From NCBI RefSeq assembly GCF_900289195.1, contig NZ_OMOH01000001.1, positions 178,706-210,705 of the forward strand: a stretch of 32,000 nucleotides of DNA, in the 5' to 3' direction. The number at the start of each line of letters is the position of its first letter. Position 1 is the first letter of the stretch. The notes below the pieces were generated by a model that did no database searches, was not told the origin of the DNA, and saw nothing but the letters and a program-made list of their open reading frames with translations. Source of the stretch: Propionibacterium ruminifibrarum (GTDB lineage: Bacteria; Actinomycetota; Actinomycetes; Propionibacteriales; Propionibacteriaceae). The position numbers were made by a program, and so were the translations under genes. This document shows positions 8,068 to 13,406 of this stretch, piece after piece.

Positions 8068-8793
8068 TCAGACGGACTTCAGATTCGTCAGCCTGCCGTA
8101 CTCGTCAAGGGCGGCCTGGTAGACGGTGCCGTCGGCGAAGGCGATGCGCCACCCGCCGGGCTCGTGCTGGGTGAACTGCAGCCCGTACCACTGCGCGTAG
8201 GCACGCACCGGCTCGGTGACGTCCACGCCCTGTTTGACCAGGTCCATGACGCGGAACGGGAAGTGGGCGGGGGAGGGTTCGAAGCGGGGGACCGATTCGT
8301 CGTGGATCGTCATGAACGCCCGTCCGGATCCGTAGCTCCACGAGTACTGGGCGCGTGGCGCGAGCCAGGCGAAGCACGCGAACTGCAGGGCCCAGGCCGG
8401 TGCGCCCTCGGTCGAGGACATCTCGTCGACGGGGAACTTGGCGGTGCGCAGCTGCCAGACCCGGTCGTGGAGGGGGCTGGCGTCACGCAGCCAGACGGCC
8501 GCCTCGATCATGGGATTGCCCTGGTAACCCGAGTTGGCCCAGGACCACAGCCAGGTGTTGTCCAGGCCCGAGAGGGAGCCGAGCAGCTGGGCCTTGAACG
8601 TGCGATCGCCCAGGCTCAGGGTGCCTTGGTCGGGGTCGAAGGCGAAGGGTTTGTTGGAGTCCTCGCCGAGCCACTCGTGGAAGGCCATCTGGTTCTCCAT
8701 GACGATCAGCTCGTGCAGCGAGGCGAAGCGGCACAGATCGGAGTGGTCCACGGGGGCATCGGGCGCGATGACGGGGAAGGGTGATTCTGTCAT
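8068..8793 (-). CDS. Conserved hypothetical protein, Trp-rich (possibly DUF6882-like; family assignment from memory only)
   Basis: 241 aa ORF with G/C-rich third positions. ATG 8793 is preceded by a perfect AAGGAGG SD. Contains a NTWLWSWANSG motif. No TM segments or catalytic motif recognised. Confidence 0.7.
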   Translation of the reverse strand: MTESPFPVIAPDAPVDHSDLCRFASLHELIVMENQMAFHEWLGEDSNKPFAFDPDQGTLSLGDRTFKAQLLGSLSGLDNTWLWSWANSGYQGNPMIEAAVWLRDASPLHDRVWQLRTAKFPVDEMSSTEGAPAWALQFACFAWLAPRAQYSWSYGSGRAFMTIHDESVPRFEPSPAHFPFRVMDLVKQGVDVTEPVRAYAQWYGLQFTQHEPGGWRIAFADGTVYQAALDEYGRLTNLKSV

Positions 8794-8854
8794 GATCCTC
8801 CTTGGATGGGGTGGTCTCACGGCCCGGGAACGCGCCCCGGTGCGCGAGATTTCG

Positions 8855-9328
8855 TCAGTGGGAACATCCGCAGGCGCCGCCGCAGCCGCACCCGCCCTCG
8901 GAGTGCCCGGCCATCGGCACCTCGATGGGGGAGCCGCTGCCGGGCCTGCTCACGGCCGGCCTGGCGGTGTTCCCCGGCGCCTGAAGGGCCGGGGCGTCAC
9001 GGGTCGTCGTGTTCTCGCCGGGCAGGGTGATGGACCGGACCGCCTTCGCGGCACCGGCATAGCGCCGCAACTGGTCGGCGCTCGGGTACCGCCCGTACAG
9101 CATGATGAGTTCGTCGACGGTCGTGGCGGGCAGCTTCTCCTCGCCCTCGGCCTCGATGAGGCGGCGGGTCACCAGGCTGCGCCGGAAGGCCTCCGGGTTG
9201 CGTCCCAGGCGCAGCCGCTCGACCTCGATGCCCTCGGCTGTGACCGCGGCGACGGCCCGCTCGAAGGCAGCCAACTCGGCCGGGTCCACCTTGTCGGCGG
9301 CCTGTTCGTAGATGCGGATGCTGCGCAT
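8855..9328 (-). CDS. ArsD-family (thioredoxin-fold metallochaperone-like) protein lacking the N-terminal Cys triad, with a Cys/Gly/His C-terminal tail
   Basis: GIEVERLRLGRNPEAFRRSLVTRRLIEAEGEEKLPATTVDELIMLYGRYPSADQLRRYAG aligns by eye with ArsD (R773) GVQIERFNLAQQPMSFVQNEKVKAFIEASGAEGLPLLLLDGETVMAGRYPKRAELARWFG. ATG 9328 has a GAGGGG SD 4 nt upstream. The tail is GHSEGGCGCGGACGCSH. Confidence 0.65.
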   Translation of the reverse strand: MRSIRIYEQAADKVDPAELAAFERAVAAVTAEGIEVERLRLGRNPEAFRRSLVTRRLIEAEGEEKLPATTVDELIMLYGRYPSADQLRRYAGAAKAVRSITLPGENTTTRDAPALQAPGNTARPAVSRPGSGSPIEVPMAGHSEGGCGCGGACGCSH

Positions 9329-9348
9329 GAATCCCCTCGTCATGTGGT

Positions 9349-9369
9349 GGAACGTCCCGGGGGTGTTCC
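9349..9369 (-). other. Short GC-rich hairpin between the glycosylase-like and ArsD-like genes
   Basis: ggaacgtcccgggggtgttcc forms about 9 bp including G-U pairs with a 3-nt loop. Function unknown; possibly an attenuator or processing site. Confidence 0.25.
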
Positions 9370-9381
9370 CTGACCGCAATC

Positions 9382-10410
9382 CTACGATGCGTCCGGGGGA
9401 GCGGGGCGGCCGGCCTTCGCCCCGCGCGTGGACCGGTGCGGAAGCCGCTCGGCACGACCCCGCACGACTCCGCGGCGCACGGTGAAGTGCCAGCTCAGGC
9501 CGTTGCTGGTGAGCACCTGCGGGCGCAGCTCCTCGGGCAGGATGCCGGTGCGGTCGGTGTAGCCGAGCAGGTACTCGTCGAACGGGGGGAGCGTGTACGT
9601 CCTGGCCAGGGCACGTTCCAGTTCCCTGGTGGTGATGCCGGCCTGCCAGTCGGGCACGTAGTACGCGCCGTCCCTGTGGTAACCGGTTCCCAGTTCCAGG
9701 GCGCGCCGGGCCGTGGTGCGCCCGCAGTGCGTCCACCAGACGAGGTCGTCGAGCGTCGCCGGGCCGTGCGAACTGACATAACGTGTGGCCAGTTCCGCCA
9801 AGGCCTCCTCATCGGTCAGCGTGCGCTGCGGGACGGGCAGCTGATCGGTGAGCCTGAAGACCTCCTCGGCGCCGCGCCGGGCGCCCTGGACGACCATGCC
9901 CTCACTGCCGAGGACGCGCAGCAGGCGTGGACCGTGCCGTGCGGCCTGATCGAGACCGGCCCGTGCGAAGGCCTCGTAGCACTGTCTCCTCGTCAGCGGC
10001 CCCTCGGCGAGGGCCTCGTGGAGAACACGTCGCGGCTCGTCGAACCCGGCCGGCAGGCCGAGCCACGCCGCGTAGGCGTTCGCCCGGGGCAGCCCGCAGA
10101 GCCGGCTGAGCCAGGCTACGTCCTCGGCCGCCATGAAGTGCAGGGTGCCGCGCTGGGGCCAGCATCGTGCGATGCGACCGGCCTCGAGATCGGCCTCTGT
10201 GCCCTCGGTCCACCTTCTGCTGCGCCGACGGCCCTGGCGGATCGCGACGGCCTCCAGGCCACCGGTGTAGTTCTGTCCCTGGATCGCCAGCATCCAGCGG
10301 CAGACGTCATGGGGCGTGAGTTCCCGGCCGGCCAGTGGATGGGCCTGTGAGGGCGCGAGCAGTTGGGCGATGAGCCGGCGCGCGGCGATCTCACGGGTCT
10401 TCATGGGCAC
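9382..10410 (-). CDS. Winged-helix (HTH_42/DUF1006) DNA glycosylase family protein, AlkZ/YcaQ-like
   Basis: 342 aa. N-terminal ARRLIAQLL...WMLAIQGQNY (Q-x-Q motif region), with ...GTLHFMAAEDVAWL... and ...LPPFDEYLLGY... typical of the family. GTG 10410 carries a leaderless -10 signature; ATG 10404 is the alternative. Confidence 0.8.
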   Translation of the reverse strand: MPMKTREIAARRLIAQLLAPSQAHPLAGRELTPHDVCRWMLAIQGQNYTGGLEAVAIRQGRRRSRRWTEGTEADLEAGRIARCWPQRGTLHFMAAEDVAWLSRLCGLPRANAYAAWLGLPAGFDEPRRVLHEALAEGPLTRRQCYEAFARAGLDQAARHGPRLLRVLGSEGMVVQGARRGAEEVFRLTDQLPVPQRTLTDEEALAELATRYVSSHGPATLDDLVWWTHCGRTTARRALELGTGYHRDGAYYVPDWQAGITTRELERALARTYTLPPFDEYLLGYTDRTGILPEELRPQVLTSNGLSWHFTVRRGVVRGRAERLPHRSTRGAKAGRPAPPDAS

Positions 10411-10416
10411 GGGGCA

Positions 10417-10422
10417 ACGGTA
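10417..10422 (-). promoter_or_regulatory. Candidate -10 element (TACCGT) for a leaderless transcript starting at GTG 10410
   Basis: Minus strand reads TACCGT-TGCCCC-GTG (6-nt spacing), with no SD. Confidence 0.4.
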
Positions 10423-10529
10423 CTCACACCACGGTCAGGGCTCGACGAAGATCCCCGTACCGCCCGCTGGTTTCTCGTTCGAGGGCGGATGCCGGACACG
10501 CGTTCGACACCAGCCACCATTCAATGCCC

Positions 10530-10535
10530 GATAAT
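10530..10535 (+). promoter_or_regulatory. Near-consensus -10 hexamer GATAAT inside the orphan intergenic region
   Basis: GATAAT-cagcatt-ATG(10543) shows the same leaderless geometry as bona fide genes in this window. Confidence 0.35.
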
Positions 10536-10542
10536 CAGCATT

Positions 10543-10644
10543 ATGTCAGATCGGCGTGGCGTAGGGATGTCATCGGCTCATCGCCGTTCCCCCGCCCACG
10601 CCCTGAAGCCGCCACTGCGATTGCATGCGGTCCGGTGTCACTGA
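10543..10644 (+). CDS. Speculative leaderless small ORF (33 aa, MSDRRGVGMSSAHRRSPAHALKPPLRLHAVRCH)
   Basis: The ATG lies 7 nt after GATAAT. The ORF is basic (Arg/His-rich). Third-position G/C is only about two thirds, so coding status is doubtful; it may simply mark the 5' end of a non-coding RNA. Confidence 0.2.
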   Translation: MSDRRGVGMSSAHRRSPAHALKPPLRLHAVRCH

Positions 10645-10697
10645 TCGACGCGCCAGTGGATGCGGCCATGGCTGGCGTACGGGATCCCCCCTTGCGA

Positions 10698-10735
10698 GCT
10701 TGTGGCCAGCGATGGGCAGATCAGTGGCCACAAGC
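10698..10735. repeat. Perfect 11-bp inverted repeat with 16-nt spacer (hairpin or protein-binding site)
   Basis: GCTTGTGGCCA (10698-10708), N16, TGGCCACAAGC (10725-10735), in otherwise unannotated DNA. Confidence 0.6.
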
Positions 10736-10980
10736 CCGGAATGCTCGCGACCGGCTTCGGGCTCATCCTGCGAACACCCCACGCGGCGGCCGGCCGGGAG
10801 CATCAAGGGGTGTGGAACCCGGGGGCCTTGAGCCACGCAAAAGTTATGTTCCCACATGAACAACCTGTGAGTACATTGTGTATCGATATTACGCTGTCGG
10901 CGAAAAGTCGGACCCTGCTTCTTCGTCACCTGGTTTCCTGGCCCGTCTCCCCCGCGATGCACGGTGCCGCCGGGCAGCGG

Positions 10981-10986
10981 TACTGT
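10981..10986 (+). promoter_or_regulatory. Candidate -10 element (TACTGT) for a leaderless M24 peptidase transcript
   Basis: TACTGT-tccgccc-ATG(10994), 7-nt spacing, with no SD. Confidence 0.4.
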
Positions 10987-10993
10987 TCCGCCC

Positions 10994-12127
10994 ATGACTG
11001 ATCCTCGCCTGTTGTGGGTTCCCGGTGTCGATGAACAGCGGGCCCGGCTGATCAGGCTGGCCGGGCAGGTACGATCCGCCGGGCTGGACGCCCTCGTCAT
11101 CGCACCCGGCGCCGATCTTCGCCACGTCCTGGGGCGCTCCCAGGGCTCGCACGAACGCTTCACCGGCCTCGTCGTGCCGGCAGACGACGAACCGTTCCTC
11201 GTCGTCCCCCGCCTCGAACGTCCCGGCTGGGCGGGTTCGGACGCCGAACGGCTCGTGGACGTGCCCACCTGGGCCGATGGGGAGAACCCCTACCGCCTCG
11301 TCGCCGGCCGGCTCGCTCCCGGTGCCCGTGTCGGCGTGGACGACTACATGCCCAGCATGCACGCTCATGGCCTGGGCGATGCGCTCGGCGCGGCGACCGT
11401 GCCCGGCGGCCCGGTGATCCGGGCGCTGCGCATGACCAAGACGGCCGATGAACTCGACGCGCTGCGCGGCGTCGGCGAGGCCATCGACCGCGTCCACGCT
11501 CGCGTCGCCGAGTGGCTGCGGCCGGGCCGCACGGAGGCGGAGATCGGCGCCGACATCGCCGCGGCGATCGTCGAGGAGGGGCACCGCCGCGCCGACTTCG
11601 TCATCGTCGGCTCCGGCCCCAACGGGGCCAGCCCCCACCACGAGCAGTCCAACCGTGTCGTCCAGCCCGGTGAACCCGTCGTCATCGACATCGGCGGCCC
11701 CGCGCCGAGCGGCTACTTCAGCGACTCGACCCGCACCTACGTGTGCGGCGAACCCGCCGACCCGGAGTTCGAGCGCGTCTGGCGGATCGTCCAGGACGCC
11801 CAGCGGGCCGGTATCGACGCGGCGCGGGCCGGTCTGCCCTGCTCCGGTGTCGACGCCGCCGCCCGCGCTGTCATCACGGATGCCGGCTACGGGGAGTACT
11901 TCATCACCCGCACCGGCCACGGCATCGGCATGGAGGTCCACGAGCACCCCTTCATGGTGCGCGGCGACGACACGCCCCTGGCGCCGGGCATGACCTTCTC
12001 CGTCGAGCCCGGGGTCTACCTGCCGGGCCGATTCGGCGTGCGCATCGAGGACATCGTCGCGATCGGCGCCGACGGTGCTCCGGAGCGCTGCAACCACAGT
12101 CCCCAGGACTGGCGGCTGCAAGCCTGA
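10994..12127 (+). CDS. M24-family metallopeptidase (Xaa-Pro aminopeptidase/dipeptidase)
   Basis: Creatinase-like N-domain plus pita-bread domain. DIGG, HGIGMEVHE, FSVEPGVY and RIED metal-ligand motifs. Start moved to ATG 10994 (MTDPRLLW...). Confidence 0.85.
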   Translation: MTDPRLLWVPGVDEQRARLIRLAGQVRSAGLDALVIAPGADLRHVLGRSQGSHERFTGLVVPADDEPFLVVPRLERPGWAGSDAERLVDVPTWADGENPYRLVAGRLAPGARVGVDDYMPSMHAHGLGDALGAATVPGGPVIRALRMTKTADELDALRGVGEAIDRVHARVAEWLRPGRTEAEIGADIAAAIVEEGHRRADFVIVGSGPNGASPHHEQSNRVVQPGEPVVIDIGGPAPSGYFSDSTRTYVCGEPADPEFERVWRIVQDAQRAGIDAARAGLPCSGVDAAARAVITDAGYGEYFITRTGHGIGMEVHEHPFMVRGDDTPLAPGMTFSVEPGVYLPGRFGVRIEDIVAIGADGAPERCNHSPQDWRLQA

Positions 12128-12137
12128 TCCGCCGCCC

Positions 12138-13388
12138 ATGACAACCCCGGCGAATCCCAGGCCGCCACGGGAACCGGCACGAGGCAGAGCCCTCGTGAGC
12201 GGGCTCGACCACCGCCATACGATCGGCGCGTCCTACGTCGCCTACGTCGTGCAGGCCATCGTCAACAACCTCGGTCCGCTGCTGTTCGTCGTCTGGCACG
12301 ACAGCTTCGGGGTCTCACTGGCCAGGCTCGGCTCGATCATCGGCCTGAACTTCGGCATTCAGCTGGTCATCGACTTCTGCTCGGCGAAGATCATCGACCG
12401 CATCGGCTACCGCGTGGCCATGGTCATCGCCCACGTCGCCGCGACGATCGGTGTCGCCGGTCTGGGCTGGTTCCCCTTCGTCATGGCGGATCCCTACACG
12501 GGTCTGCTGACCGCCATGGCGATCGCCGCCGTCGGGGGCGGCCTGCTCGAGGTGCTCGTCTCCCCCGTCGTCGAGGCCTGCCCGACGAGGAACAAGGCCT
12601 TCCACATGAGCCTGCTGCACTCGTTCTACTCGTGGGGGCAGGTGGGCGTCGTCCTGCTCACGACGGCCGGTTTCCTGCTCCTCGGCATCGCCTCGTGGCG
12701 GATCGTCTGCTTCTGCTGGGCGCTCGTCCCGCTGGCCAATGCGGTGCTGCTGTGGTGCGTGCCCTACTACGAACTGGTCACTGACGGGGTCTCGATGAGC
12801 TACCGCCAGCTGTTCGCCAGGCCGTTGTTCTGGGGGTTCGTCGTGCTCATGCTGGCCGCCGGCGCCGCCGAGCAGTCGATGAGCCAGTGGGCCTCGGCCT
12901 TCGCCCAGAACGGTCTGGGCCTGACCAAGACCGTCGGTGACCTGTTCGGGCCCATGCTGTTCGCCCTGTGCATGGGCGGCTCGCGGGTCTTCTTCGGATC
13001 CAGGGCGACGCCGGCCACGTTGTCCCGCATCGTGCGGTTCTGCGCCCTGCTGTGCATCCTCGCCTATCTGCTGGCCATTCTCGCTCCCCTGCCGTGGCTG
13101 GGCCTGGCCGCGATGGCCCTGTGCGGTTTCAGCGTCGGCATCTTCTGGCCCGGAACCTTCTCCCTCGCCTCGCAGGCCTTCCCGCGCGGCGGTACGGCGC
13201 TGTTCGCCCTGCTCGCGCTGGGAGGCGACGCCGGCTGTGCCCTGGGCCCGGACCTGGTCGGCCATGTCGCCGACCGCTTCGACTCGCTGGCTACCGGCCT
13301 GGGCGTGGGGCTGGTCTTCCCGGCCGTCATCCTCGTCACGACGACGTTGGTACGCACCGGGCACTCCCCCGGCGCTGCTCGGGTCTGA
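12138..13388 (+). CDS. MFS transporter
   Basis: About 416 aa with roughly 12 hydrophobic helices in 6+6 organisation. ATG 12138 lies 10 nt after the peptidase stop. Confidence 0.8.
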   Translation: MTTPANPRPPREPARGRALVSGLDHRHTIGASYVAYVVQAIVNNLGPLLFVVWHDSFGVSLARLGSIIGLNFGIQLVIDFCSAKIIDRIGYRVAMVIAHVAATIGVAGLGWFPFVMADPYTGLLTAMAIAAVGGGLLEVLVSPVVEACPTRNKAFHMSLLHSFYSWGQVGVVLLTTAGFLLLGIASWRIVCFCWALVPLANAVLLWCVPYYELVTDGVSMSYRQLFARPLFWGFVVLMLAAGAAEQSMSQWASAFAQNGLGLTKTVGDLFGPMLFALCMGGSRVFFGSRATPATLSRIVRFCALLCILAYLLAILAPLPWLGLAAMALCGFSVGIFWPGTFSLASQAFPRGGTALFALLALGGDAGCALGPDLVGHVADRFDSLATGLGVGLVFPAVILVTTTLVRTGHSPGAARV

Positions 13389-13406
13389 GCGAACGGTTCC
13401 GTACCG

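Noticed and set aside
7198-8784. 528-aa plus-strand ORF antisense to gpmA-like and the Trp-rich gene
   Set aside because: Shadow ORF. It has no motifs and spans an intergenic gap of the opposite strand.
10440-10860. Possible RNase P RNA, tmRNA, SRP RNA, 6C RNA or cobalamin riboswitch in the long intergenic region
   Set aside because: Isolated look-alike strings occur: GAAAAGTCGGACC, GCCACTG, TTCGACACCAGCCACCA and C-rich runs. The full conserved cores are absent: GAGGAAAGUCCGGGC for RNase P, a tRNA-like acceptor/T-arm for tmRNA, the contiguous B12 box, and paired C-rich loops for 6C. I could not fold any of them convincingly by eye. An Rfam scan is still advisable.
10889-12139. 416-aa minus-strand ORF antisense to the M24 peptidase (also 12315-13364 antisense to the MFS gene, 13488-15059 antisense to the aaPGS gene, 21954-23285 antisense to glgX, 29386-30807 antisense to treS)
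   Set aside because: All are mirror frames of genes with strong family motifs. Their composition is typical of GC-rich non-coding frames.
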